Source: Phoronis australis (taxonomy: Eukaryota; Animalia; Phoronida). From it: a DNA stretch of 64,000 nt. Each line of letters begins with the position of its first letter. Within the stretch, counting starts at the first letter, position 1. Under the pieces are notes generated by a model. It was given only the letters and a program-made list of their open reading frames with translations, had not been told where the DNA came from and ran no database searches. The DNA is taken from assembly GCA_002633005.1 (NCBI GenBank), contig NMRA01000345.1:333131-397130 (forward strand), given 5' to 3'. Positions 12,001-24,012 of this stretch are shown here, in pieces. The translations under genes were made by a program, and so were the position numbers.

Positions 12001-14746
12001 TTCATTTTCATGGGCAATCTCTGGCAACGGGACTCCTTTCCTGTTTATTTTTGCATCCTTTCAGGAGTGGTGGTGGATGGGAGGGGTTGATGATCTAATG
12101 TTAGTGTTAGTGCTTCGGTCTTTTTATTAATATAGTCTTTCATATTAGGATGTTAGACTCAGAAATGGGTTTCCTCTTGGAGAAAGTTTACAATGCCCCT
12201 TTGCCCCTTTAAACTCGGTGGGGAAGACGGTAATATTTCAAACTGACTGAGAAACCCACAAAATGTTATGCCATTTCTACTTCAGCGTCGTGGCATGCAA
12301 TCCAAATAGTGAAAATGTGAGACTTAAAAAACAGCGTTGACATGAATCCAAAGAATGGAAATTGACCACCGTGTGAATTTCACTAAGACTATATTCTTGA
12401 TTATTTTATGACAAAAGTATCGCCCAATGAATTACGAGAATAGCATTTCTTGTGAAAATAATTATTTGGAAATCCTGTCTATGCTCAACTAATATTTTTT
12501 ATAGTTGTGTACAGGTCATTCTTTTTGATAATATGTCTACTATTCTCTTCCAGGGTGCTTGTTAATCTTCCGGGCACAAATGGCTTAAATTTCCTTATCC
12601 TCAAAATATATAAATCTATTTGAAAAAAATTGCTTAACCAGTTGTGACGTGTTTTATTTTTAAGCTGGATGATAATGTGAAAAGATCAATGCACTTTGAA
12701 TGATAAAACCTATTTTGTGACACGACAATGATGCTAATTATATAGTAACAATTGACAAAACCGACTTAAAAATCGCTGAAACAATTTTCTTTTTCAAATC
12801 CGTATTTTGGACCAACCTGGGTTCTGTTTTGTGAAACTGTGACTAGACTTACGGCAGAAATTTTGACTTGGGATACTAATTTCTAAATTATCTTTCGAAA
12901 ATAGTTTTGATTAAAATTTGATTTCAGCAAAGAGAATATGCTTAATATTGTAAGTTAATCAAATTCAGATAATTTTTATGACTTATTGCTAAGCAGTATT
13001 TTATTTGCATTGAAAACATTACAAAAATGTTTATCTGTAATAGCAACTGTGTGAAAAAAGGTTGCCTTCGCCTTTAAGACAAAATTTCTGACTAGCCTGA
13101 GACAGGTCTCTGCTAAAGGTTCAGAAGGCATGCCCCAGTGTGTGTCTTCAATATTTATATTGGCTTCTGTGCGTTGGCTTACATTGTCAAGGTTTTTACT
13201 TACTGTAACCTTTTCAAGAATTCACTGATTTCTAATTTTTTGAGTGTTTGTAGTGACTACAAAAATCAACTGAAACTTGCAATTCTTTGGAAATTTTTTA
13301 CCAATCAAGCTGACCATGTAAAAAGTGAATGCCTCAGTGAGCGTTGATCTTGATTGGAATTCAGGAAATATATATCAAATACCAAAAGTATCCTAGGTGA
13401 ATTTTCAGAAACAACCCTTTTGATACTGGCTACTCGATCAAAAAGTCTATGCAACTACTTTTTCAGGATATCCTAATACCTTGACAAACACATATTGTTT
13501 TACCAGCGATGGATTATGTCATTCAATTTAGTATTATATAGTATTTGATATTTTGCTTGTTCTTAGGCTGGGAGACTCATCAACGATACTGTTGTGATTT
13601 TGTTCTATCACAGGCTCTAGTCATTGGTTGCAGATAAAGTAGGCTGATATATAGCCTGTCCTATAACCACACTGTACGACTGAAAATGTCTCCAAGGCCC
13701 TTTGAGAATTATCATTATCCAGCAGTTATTCCTTTTTTCCAGGTTCCTCGGAGTGTAATTAAGCCTGTCCGCATTAATTGATGTATTGCCAGCATTCTCT
13801 CTCTTTTCCTCAGCCAAACAAATCCCAGCAATCCGGCGGCTTAATTCCCTGCCCATTTCCAAGGCAATTACCACTGTCTGTTTATAAATTGCGGCCAAAA
13901 TTACGCAAATGGTAATTTCTTATAATAGAATTCCCTCCGTTTGTTATTGTCGCTGGCCGGCATGCAGACCTAATGTGACAATGATGATCTGCTGGGCAAT
14001 TCATTCTCGGTCATTATTGACTTATTTTCTTTCTCAGCCAGGGTTCAACATCTGTTACAATTCACCTGATTGTAGTAAATTCTAGTCTTCTTCAGAATCT
14101 TCGCATTAGATTCAGTGTCTACGCATTTTATTGGCACCGATCGCTTTACAACTTTCTAAATATTCATCGACTTTTAAGTGTTCCTGAGCACTCGTAATAT
14201 TTCTTGACTTAGTTGCACTTGCTATTTCCAAACTGTTGCTATGCAATATTTTTGCTTAGATGTAAAGTATGGTCAATTCTCACTATGCATTGGCCAAGTG
14301 GAATTTGATTTTCAATGGATATTAAAATTTACGAAAACCATGGCTTCATAATGGTGTTGTACAACAATCACAAATCTCAATTTCTTAACATTTTACAAAA
14401 AATTTAATTAACCTTTGCAAAATGGAAAATAATGCTCTCTATATTTTTGTGGTTTAGTCATAAATGTCCTTGTCAAAAAGCTGGGTTGTTTCTGGTAGTT
14501 TGCAAAATTTGTAGTTATTGCACGATGTCACTGATCGACTTTTATGCTCAGGTGGTTTATGTCAGCTACTTGTCTTTTTAATATTTCCCATTCTTTTCTT
14601 TTGAGGAAGAACATTCATTTCATTTTCAGTGTAACGATGCCTTAACTGTAGTTTCATGTTTTCATTAATGGTTAGACCTGCGACCATTTAGGCATTCACT
14701 CCAAGGTGAAAGATATTGAAGGGCCATTTTCACTTTACAAACATAC

Positions 14747-14902
14747 CATGGGGGGTCCAGGATTTATAATTAGGGAGGGCCAGGGCAGTTTTTAGCCATG
14801 ATTTTGCCTGTCAGACATTTGCACCCCTGAACTGCCAAATGGAATCTGGGAGAGTTTTAGGGGGGTATGGCCCCCTTAGGCTCCCCTCTAAATCTGTCAC
14901 TG
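14747..14902. mobile_element. CA..TG MITE with 5-bp TSD (hAT5/Transib-like)
   Basis: CATAC at 14742-46 and 14903-07. Degenerate ends catggggggtccaggattt and aaatctgtcactg, with G/C runs inside. Confidence 0.6.
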
Positions 14903-15209
14903 CATACAGTTTGAAAGCTATAGTCAGCCTTAGCGAACATTGTGTGATTTGAAACAGTGGACATAATGTAACAATCAAATAAACCATGTTCATAGTTTAT
15001 TTGCATATACCGGTACTATTTAACAAGTTCTGGGGAGCATCCACTGTTAATTTAGTTGCACGATGTTTTGCACATTTATCTTCCACTTATTGATCATTTT
15101 GGGAAATCACATCAACAAAATCGGTTAACTTGCAACTATACTGGTGAATGCCACCTTGTATACTACACTAACCAAATCCACAATGTGGTTGGGCCAGTGT
15201 TAGGTTCAA

Positions 15210-15269
15210 AGGTCTGAGTGATTTGACTACAGTGGCTGAAGGTCTGAGTGATTTGACTACAGTGGCTGA
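15210..15269. repeat. Perfect 30-bp tandem duplication
   Basis: aggtctgagtgatttgactacagtggctga occurs twice in tandem. Confidence 0.95.
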
Positions 15270-15442
15270 CTTTCAGGCGTTCACTTAGATCTGCAGTAAC
15301 TGTTGTCAGAAGACCTCAGTTGCACATGAAAATGGTCATGGTTTGCTTGCATTCACGTATTTCAACATCCTTTTAATCTCAGGATAAGTGTTTAATTGCC
15401 CCAAAAACATTATTGCAATCAACATGCTTTTATTTTGTATAG

Positions 15443-15534
15443 GGGTCCAAAAAGACTTGATGGACTCTCATATGTTGACTCATGGCCATCACTACCAGGA
15501 ACTGGGGCACATGGTCAGCTCTCTGGCTCTGGAG
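15443..15534 (+). CDS. AHR: AHR exon, bHLH to PAS-A linker
   Basis: tttgtatAG acceptor and GAG|GTGAGT donor. Phase 1 in and phase 0 out match the flanking exons. GVQKDLMDSHMLTHGHHYQELGHMVSSLALE. Confidence 0.85.
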
Positions 15535-15889
15535 GTGAGTTTTGTTGGTACTGCATCCATTTTCACGTCAGTATGTGGTATCTATTCAGCCGCCATGAGT
15601 GAATTACAGGGAAAAGATCTTAATCACTTGTGAGACAGCTACCCCTATTGGCCAGCGCTGAGCAGCTTTAAAAGATGATAAAAACAACGTTTCATTTGCT
15701 GCAAAGTTTGGCATTTTGTTGTTTAGTCGTTGCAATTGTTTTCTTTTTATACTAGGATGCAGAAAAGCTCTAAATCTTTTTAGGAAGCTGAAGTAGTATA
15801 TAAACAATTGTGAATCATTGTTATTGTCTAAATGTGTGTAGATTTGTTTGGAAAGCAGTTCACTTCAAATTCTGAAGTTACTTTTGCAG

Positions 15890-15979
15890 GCTCTCAATGG
15901 GTTCCTCATAGTAATAACCAGTGATGCAGAAGTGTTCTACGCCTCGAGCACTGTTGAACAGTACCTTGGATTTCATCAG
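15890..15979 (+). CDS. AHR: AHR exon, start of PAS-A
   Basis: ttttgcAG acceptor, CAG|GTACC donor, 90 nt. [30 protein letters not shown]. Confidence 0.96.
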
Positions 15980-16175
15980 GTACCGTACATTGAAAAGGGT
16001 GGGCAGTTTGGATCAGAAGTTATGCAGTTTGCCCCCTGGTGACAATTATCTAACTTTTTGAAGTTAAACATCCACCTTGTTCAAATCGGATGATTGTTGT
16101 GCATTAGATTCTGTAGCTCAAGTTCTTACGCGCTTGTATTTGTATACATGGGTGCATATTGCCGTCACCTTCATT

Positions 16176-16786
16176 TTTTTTTTTTTTAGTATTATCCTTT
16201 ACAAACAATTACAAAAAACAAACAAACAAACAAATAAGTACACCATTCATTCACGCATGCACACCTCAGGAAGACCATTCTCATATCTCGTTTAAAGTAA
16301 ATATCTTCTACATGAACTTAACATGAACAATAAATTTTTCCCATTTTGCAGAGAAGCTGTCATGTACAAAGTTTTTATGTGCATTTAATTTTTCAGCATT
16401 ATAGTAATCATAAGTTTTTGTAACGAACTTGAGAAAATTAGGTATATTTTTGTGACATCTCTCTTTGTAAATGTACTGTTTAGCTAGTAGAAGTAAAATG
16501 TTAAATAGAAAATCTTGCGTCTTGTAAAGTCCAAAAATAACAATATCGTAAGACAGACAGTTGGGAAGCTGAATGCCACACTTTTGAAGTAGCTTTTCGA
16601 ATTCCTTCCAGAAATCTTTTACAAAGCTACATTCCCAAAAAAGGTGTGACAGCGTCTCTGGAGCTTTATTACAAAAGGAACATAGATCAGAATCCCTAAC
16701 ACATATTTTGACTAAAAAGGTATTTGTTGCAATAATTCTATGTAGTATTCTAAATTGGAACCATCTAATATGGGGATCCTTTGTCA
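16176..16786 (-). mobile_element. 5'-truncated L1/Tx1-clade LINE (ORF2 C-terminal zinc-binding region, 3' UTR, poly-A)
   Basis: ORF 16308-16799 has WFQFRILHRIIATN...CSFC...ETLSHLFWEC (zf-RVT type). Poly-T on + strand at 16176-16187. 14-bp TSD CCGTCACCTTCATT at 16162-75 and 16787-800. Confidence 0.95.
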
Positions 16787-17280
16787 CCGTCACCTTCATT
16801 CGTCTGTCAAACTAGAGTCCATTGCTGTATCTTCAAAACCCCTTGAATGTTCTGGAATTAGCCAATATTTTTCTGTGATGGACTGGGATGAAACATGCCA
16901 ATTTTCTGAACAGATTCGACTACCGCTGTGCCACTTTCAGTGTTTTGCCTCGGTATCTCATGAGTTTTTTTGATGAGTACTGGCACTCACATTTTTGACT
17001 TCCAGCTTTATAGTACTGTTTGCATAATGTGCTGGACTGTGCGATGTTCACAGTGGGTGCATCATATGAACACTCCGTATTGCTCTTGTTGCTCTGTGTC
17101 CCTGGAACAAATTTAAAGTCAGCACTAACACACATTGACCTCTATTTTAAAGGTTGCAAAATAATGAGAATCCCTCGCAACTGTGCTGCGTGCCATGATC
17201 AAGGTATGCGCATGTCAATGATATGCGCAGGTCATACCGTTAAATTAATTGACAAGTATATTGCTCTGACACTAAGTTTG

Positions 17281-18335
17281 TTTTTTTTTTTGTTTGTTCG
17301 CACGATACAGGTCGCAATTTTCGTTCGATCGTCACGAAATTTACACATAACACGTAGTTCCGGAAGTACTGGAAGCCTATTGTTTTTTGTCAAAATCGGA
17401 TCCAAGATGGCGGCTGTGGCGGCCATTTTGTTTCCATTTAAAGGTTCAAATGCCTCTGGAGGCTACAATTTTTTACGTAACAGGCTAAGATTCGGCACAG
17501 TAAATGGACCGGAAGTTTGCTACAACTATTCCGGAAATTGTTTACTTCCGGTTAAAGATGGCAGAAATATCGGCGATCGCGCATGCATACCTCGATTTTG
17601 GCCTAAAAACGTTTTCTCCTCTAGAGGGCGCATTATGAGACCAATTCCTTTGAATTTTTACAGGTATTAGTTTCTTACGGCATGCTATTATTCACAGCCA
17701 AAAAACCGGAAGTTGCTTTCAAGATGGCGGATCCGGCGCATGTTGACCCATTTTCAGTCGTCTGGAGTGCAATTTTAAACGGGAAGAGAAAAAGACGTTA
17801 ATTTTTGCATGTAGATTCTTTGCAGTATATTCTTTCAAATGGCCTGTAACTATTTTTTTCTCAGACTTACCGTTTTCGAGATATTTGACTTTTTGCGATA
17901 ACGCTGCTCCTTTGTTGAGCGCTCTTGCTGCATTCAGGTTGGTTTAGCTTCTATTGAACTAGACTGCAGCCTATTTCTTAACGATTTATGACATCTAAAT
18001 TCGTCATATGAATGTTATGATGTTGTTCATCATGGCCACCACCATCATCATATTCGTCATCTTCGTCATCATCTCCGACGTCGTCTTTTCTTCAGTTAAT
18101 TTCGCCAAGTGTCGCTCAAGACTGTAGCCTATTTCTTAGTGATTTCTGACCTCTACGTTCGTTATATGAATGATATCAAAACTAGGGTTGTCCATCATCG
18201 CCACCATCGTTGTCATAGCTGTCATCTTTGTCATCATCCCTGTTGTCGTCTTTTCTCGTCCCCTCGAACGTGTTTTTTTTTTGGTTAATTTCGCCAAGTT
18301 TCGCTCCTCAGAGCGCTTTCATTTTTTTGTTTTTT
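17281..18335 (+). mobile_element. Helentron/HINE-like non-autonomous element with internal tandem units of about 160 bp
   Basis: Sits between T-runs. Repeated caagatggcgg and ccggaagt motifs, two tandem units between about 17945 and 18305, and a 3' stem-loop cgctc-ctca-gagcg just before the T-run. Confidence 0.55.
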
Positions 18336-19703
18336 GGGGCAGGTACCACCTTTGAAGGGGTAGGATCAAGGTTAAACGTAATTTTATTATGATTTGGGAA
18401 GTCACACACACAATTAACAAACCTCCAACCGACGCGACAACTCACCTACTACGCGTTCTATAAGTAGACAACCGTAGTATCGCACCATATGACATCATGA
18501 ACACACAATAACTTCGGTTAGTCGATGTGTGTCTTCAAAAGCTCTGGCAACAGTCGCTGCAATCTGAATGTTTCCATTTTTAAGTTAGCTAAGTACCTGC
18601 ATTAGCTTCAGAGTGGCACGCGTTCGTCAACATGACTTGTATGGGATTGTCATCAGCTTCGTTTGGTCTGTTGACGTTAGCTTGTCTGATGTACTAAATG
18701 GGATGTGCATTGCATTCCATTACAACACAAGTTTATGAAGCACAGATAAGTTCGAGTCTATGCCTTCAAGCCTCTATCACCTTTGTTAAGCTTTTATGTG
18801 TCAGATTTCAGGTCATATTAGTTGTTTGAGTGGTTAGGTTAAGGCTTTAATTTTGTTCTAATGCTCCCCAGCTAGTCAGTCTTTTAAAAGTTGACGTGTA
18901 AATAATTGGTTCAAAATAATAACTGTTTAGAAATCCTGTTGTGTAGACAAGATCTAAGATACTGGGATATTAAAAGTGTGGATGACTGTTATGTACCTGA
19001 CTGTGTGATTGTCTTTGAAGGATACATCTTAACATATTTTACACATGTGTTATAGCTGCTGTATGTCGTCTATTGTTGGGTTTCGCCTACGCTCCATTTA
19101 ACCCAGTGTGTGCTGGTTAGGATAATCACAAGCCGATTAATGACACAGGACAACTGAGTAATTTGCTGCAAATTGAAATTGATTCCACTATCAGACTACT
19201 GTCTGTGATCAGCCACCTCGGGCTGGATTTGCTTCCTCATCTTTATAAGATTATAGGAAATTTGAGATTGAGTTTTACTTTTTGCAGCCTATGCATTTGA
19301 TGAATAAAGACCAAGTCAAATGCTGAATTTAAAGATCCATGTTTATCTTAACTGCAAATGGATATATGAAAATTTTGATGCTACTCGGAAATTTTGCCAT
19401 AATCCAGGCATCGCATATTTGTACATCCTTCGCTTGTGCGTGGGAAAATTCTCAAATATTCTGTGCACGGAGTTGGATGGGTGGTGCCTACCCCCCAAAT
19501 TCGGGCAAAAAATTTGGGCAAAGCCGGAGAACAGAATAATTCAGACAACGGAAAAACCAGTGGAAAAACATTGAAAGGACAGATAAGAAGGCGGTGAAAC
19601 CATTGGTATCGGGAGGGGAAAATTGATGGCGAGCAAAGGGAGGGATTCTCGTACGCCTTCATTCATTCAAAGCTGTTTCATGCCAATCTCCCCCTCTCCC
19701 CCC

Positions 19704-19704
19704 N
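19704..19704. other. Single N (assembly gap or contig junction)
   Basis: n in the sequence after a C-run. Confidence 0.9.
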
Positions 19705-20427
19705 AATTTCAAGTGTGGTAGTTAATTGGCATGTGTATCGGTGATTGTGATGCTGGACGAAAGCTGAACAGTAGAACTGATAGATGTCAGCGTTTGAAAA
19801 CCACTCTCTGCAGTTGAAACTAAACTAAAGATTTGTGTAGTGTTCAGGCATTTTGTTCAATCATAATCCTGTCGACTTGATCTTTCAGGCTTAAGTTAAT
19901 GATATGGAAATTCTTTCCCTTTTTTATCATATCATTTAGCAAGACGTATTTGTCAAGTATTTCATCCTATTTAACTGGCTAAGAAACGGAAATTGAAATG
20001 AGCCGTTCACTCTCAAAAAAATTCCTTACCATAATTTCCGATACCAATTCAAGTAACAGTCAATGCGTACATGCACCATTCTCGAAGTTGCAATTTTACG
20101 GTTGGTGAACCCCAGTAAACTCTGAAACGTTTTCTTGAGTCGCTGATGGTTTCAGTGTTCTCGTTGGTAATGGAAGTAGAACCCTGTCGTAGTAAAGGCG
20201 TATTATGCAACCAATGTCATGAGAATACAAGGCCAAATTCTATCGACTATGTAGCGAATTGCGGCTGTACTGACTTCATGGCAGTGTACAGCTCAGTGGC
20301 ATGCAGTCTTACCATGCAAAGTTTTGATTATTTATACCTGAGTAGTTCCCCCTGTAAGAAAAGTGACAATGTTTGTAGAGCTGTTGAAGAATAATTGAAG
20401 AACTAGGTTTGGATAATTTCATTCCAG

Positions 20428-20563
20428 TCAGACATCATCCACCAGAGTGTGCTGGAGTTGATTCATTCCGAGGACCGTGAGCTGTTCAGTCAACAACTAG
20501 ACTGGAAACATAACTTACCTGAAGACAAAAAAGATGAGGATCTGGAAGATATTTTTGCTTCCG
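20428..20563 (+). CDS. AHR: AHR exon, PAS-A
   Basis: ttccAG acceptor, G|GTACGT donor. SDIIHQSVLELIHSEDRELFSQQLDW. Not in the ORF track. Confidence 0.94.
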
Positions 20564-22149
20564 GTACGTCTGCTCACTCGAGTTTAATCTGTCTTTGTCA
20601 AGTTTAAGGTATGGTACAAGACAATAGATAACAGACAAAATATCGTTTCCCGGTCATAGCTAGTTTTGTTAACAGCAAAGATGACTGGTAATGATTTTTA
20701 TGGCAGCAAAATTAGAATTACAGAATGGCTTAGCCATCTTACTAACTTCCCTGTTGATTTTCGTCATTCGCAGTCAAGCGGGAAGGTTACTCTAGCGATG
20801 TTTTCAAAAAAAATATTTCCCCTTTTTACTTGTTTAGTGTAACGTAACTTTAATTTATTATGACGTTGAATTTATTTTAAGCTCAAAGGAACCAAACTGT
20901 ATTTATAGTCGTTTTGCTCACGCTTATTTCTCTTTTCATTTATCCTCTATTAATAAAGTATATTGTTATTATTATTGTTATCATTATAATTATAATTGTT
21001 ATTTTGCTATAATTTACTAAATCATGAAATTACTGAATATTGAGAAGCGTATTTGTATAAATTCTTTAAAATTATGAAACATTCTCCTACATCTGTCTCA
21101 CTTTTGGCCGAACGGTTACACTTTTTGAAGGTTTGTCCTGTGTCCTGCCATATTGTTAAAATATCCAGCACTTAGACGCACACGGGAAAATTTTGTTATT
21201 ATTACATATTTTTGTGCTTTTCTACACTAATTAGCCCTATTTCCCCATTCCATTTCTCAGGCCCGACAAAAAGAAGAAAAATGACGTCTTGGTGTTGTGA
21301 CAGACATTTGCACCTTGCAGTTTGACCTAGATCCATATGTCCTGCCTTTTGACTTTCGAATTTTGACAACTTTGCATACTAGATATTATTTTGAAAGATA
21401 ATGGTTTGGTACCCAGTAATATCGGAATTTCACTTATTTTGTGAAACTGCTAACCAAAAGTGAAATTATATTCATTAGTTCTGCTTTGTGTTTAAAAGGT
21501 AGTATCATTGTCATAGCAACAACAGTTGGTCTAAGTGAAGCATGACCACAGATTGGGCACTACTAATAAGTAGCTGGAGGATTGCCATACCTTGTGTATT
21601 GATCTAAAACCATGATATTGTTTGATTTACCTGGCAGGTGTGTATGACATCATGCATTCAACTGTCACCTCTAAGCTCGTGACCTGAGGTCACTAAGTGC
21701 TTTTGTGAAAAAATCATTGCTCGCGGCTGTTCCATTTCAGTGACTCGAGTTATCAAAGCAGCCTATTGTGAAAATTGAACAGAGATAAATAATGCAGCCC
21801 GTGCCCGGGTCGGATGGGAAATTCTTAAGTTTCCTTTACGTGATCAACACGCGACTTTAATGCTGCGTCTGTTGTTTACACGCAATTTACTTCTCCACCA
21901 ATGAGCTTTAACAAAAGGGTAACAAAAACACCTGTGTGGTAAGATTGAACGGTCGGACCAGAGCCAGGTTGTTCTGGAGCAGGGCTTATTGGTTTACATG
22001 AATATTTGATGCCTCCTTCGCTTTCCCATGAAGCTCGTGTTTAGATTACGCAGCCTCTTCCTGCTGACAGGTCCCAGCTGAGATCATAAATAAACACAGA
22101 GAATGATTTGTTTTTTCGCGTCTCTAGCTCTTGTCTGGTTCTTTTTCAG

Positions 22150-22223
22150 GTAAGATGAACTTGTTCCAGAAAACCATCACGGCTCGCTTCAGATGTTTAT
22201 TGGATAACACGTCAGGTTTTATT
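22150..22223 (+). CDS. AHR: AHR exon, PAS-A C-terminal part
   Basis: cttttttcAG acceptor, ATT|GTAAGT donor. KMNLFQKTITARFRCLLDNTSGFI contains the conserved AHR RCLLDNTSGF motif. Confidence 0.94.
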
Positions 22224-22246
22224 GTAAGTTCAGTCAGCGTCGTGGT

Positions 22247-22500
22247 TACCGTACACGACTGTTTAGACACTAGTTTAGTATAGCATGGCAATTATCCACT
22301 TAATTGCGCACAAAAATAATTGCTGAAATTGTCATTTTTTATTTCCTGTTGGAAACTAAATAAACTTCACCAACTGTTGTTTTGTGAAATCCACACAGTA
22401 CAAACCATGCTAGTAATTGACTATTTTTCTGAAGAAATTTGACAAATAAAATGTCAGTAGTCGGCCATATCGTGTGCTAAATAAGTGAGGTATTACCGTA
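22247..22500 (+). repeat. Second copy of the TA-CCGTA MITE-like repeat
   Basis: Similar to 4480-4700. Starts taccgta and ends tattaccgta. Confidence 0.6.
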
Positions 22501-22821
22501 GTTTAGGCTTGGTTGCAGTTACATTGTTTTCTATTTTGCAATAGTTTAAATTTTCTGGTGTTACCTAATAGGTGTTTTTTATTCCGATTAAGCGCATTTG
22601 TCTTGTGGGTTTTTGCAACTTTAAAATCAGTAAAATTTCACTTCTTGCCCATATTCTATCCTACTAAGTGAGTCATCAAAAAAGTTTGTGAATGTTTGAT
22701 TGCCTTTTGAAAATTTGTCACTTGCTTTTTTTCTTTTACAAGTTATCGAATAATTTCAAGCTCTCGGCTGTGCAGCTTGAATTGTGTACCTGGTTAACAA
22801 TACCAATCTGTGTTCCTGCAG

Positions 22822-23009
22822 ACTTTGGAGATTGCCGGACACCTCAAGCTTATCAACGCTCTCAGTCTGAAGTCAAAGAAGCCTACCGTGGCCTTGTTTG
22901 CTCTCTGTACCCCCTTTGGACCCCTCCCTAACGGTGATATTGAAGGTCCCAGTCAGACGTTCAAAAGTAAACACAAGATGGACATGAGCCCATTGTCTAT
23001 GGACCAAAG
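22822..23009 (+). CDS. AHR: AHR exon, end of PAS-A and start of PAS-B
   Basis: cctgcAG acceptor, AG|GTATGA donor. TLEIAGHLK...VALFALCTPF...FKSKHKMDMSPLSMDQR. Confidence 0.94.
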
Positions 23010-23591
23010 GTATGATCATTAAATTCACATGTTTTTTTTGTATTTGCAATAATTCGCCTATTTACTGCATAACCTGGCGAATAAGTGAAATTTATTTTGT
23101 TAAAATTTCCCAACAAAAATACAGATAACGTAATCTATTATTTAAGTTTGTTTTTACTGTTTAGATATTAGTGGACTAGTTTCCGTCATTTTAATAGGCA
23201 AAGTAATCAACCTTTGAAAATGAAAAACAATAATTTTGCTTTTGTTTTTTGTCTAGAATAAGTGTAGAGTTACTGATCACTGAGAGGAGAAAATTTCCAT
23301 TGAGGAGTGAAAACTTTGTAGAGAGTGACTTGTCATTCCTCACCAGCTTATGGTGGAAGAGTTGAATTTGTTTTCTTTTGTTTTCTAAGGTTGTATAGGA
23401 CCCTATCAACAAATCTACACCTTTAGCCAAATTACTGCAAAACTGTAGATTTCACCTTGATAAAAGAATATATCTTGTGAAAGTATAAAGCCCGTAGAAT
23501 TTGGGTCGTGTAACCATTTTATAAGTAAAATTAATCAAAAAATACTTTCAAAAGTTTGCATTTTTGTTTTTACAGTATTCTCTTGTTTCAG

Positions 23592-23698
23592 GGCCCAGTT
23601 GCTGTTCGGTTACTCAGATAATGATCTGTCCAGGATAAGCGGGTATCAATTGATCCATCCAGGCGATGTGGACTACTACTCGAGTGCTCATAAGGAGT
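23592..23698 (+). CDS. AHR: AHR exon, PAS-B
   Basis: tttcAG acceptor, T|GTATGT donor. AQLLFGYSDNDLSRISGYQLIHPGDVDYYSSAHKE. Confidence 0.95.
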
Positions 23699-23747
23699 GT
23701 ATGTATACGTGCTCTTTTTCCTTCCAACTAATTCCCAGTAACTTATA

Positions 23748-24012
23748 AAATAAAAAAATAATTGCAGGTGATCAGGTACACGTTGTATCAGATCAGGTAC
23801 ACGTTGTATCAGATCAGGTACACGTTGTATCAGATGTGCGCAGGCCGTGCATGTGAGCCCGCTGCACTGATCACCTGGAAAAAATCTGTGCTTTGGGAGC
23901 TGAGGAGCCAAAGACGTGACTCAAGGCTCCAGCAGTGTGCCCCAGTGGGACTCGAACCCACGACCTTGAGCAAAGGAAGGAGACACTTATCTTTCTAGGT
24001 CACACTGCCTCC
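23748..24012 (-). mobile_element. tRNA-derived SINE-like element with an internal 21-bp x3 repeat
   Basis: On the minus strand there is an A-box-like tgacctagaaagataag and B-box GGTTCGAGTCCC (23947-58). gatcaggtacacgttgtatca occurs three times at 23770-23832. Degenerate flanking direct repeats tcccagtaacttata and tccctggtaacataca. Confidence 0.75.

Noticed and set aside
17020-17670. 216-aa ORF
   Set aside because: It crosses a poly-T run into an interspersed repeat, shows no domain pattern and has no usable splice context, so it is a chance ORF.
23770-23832. 21-bp direct repeats resembling a CRISPR array
   Set aside because: Head-to-tail with no spacers, no cas genes, and inside a eukaryotic intron.
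23940-24012. tRNA gene
   Set aside because: The T-arm and B-box are present, but the acceptor, D and anticodon stems do not pair properly. It is better read as a SINE head.
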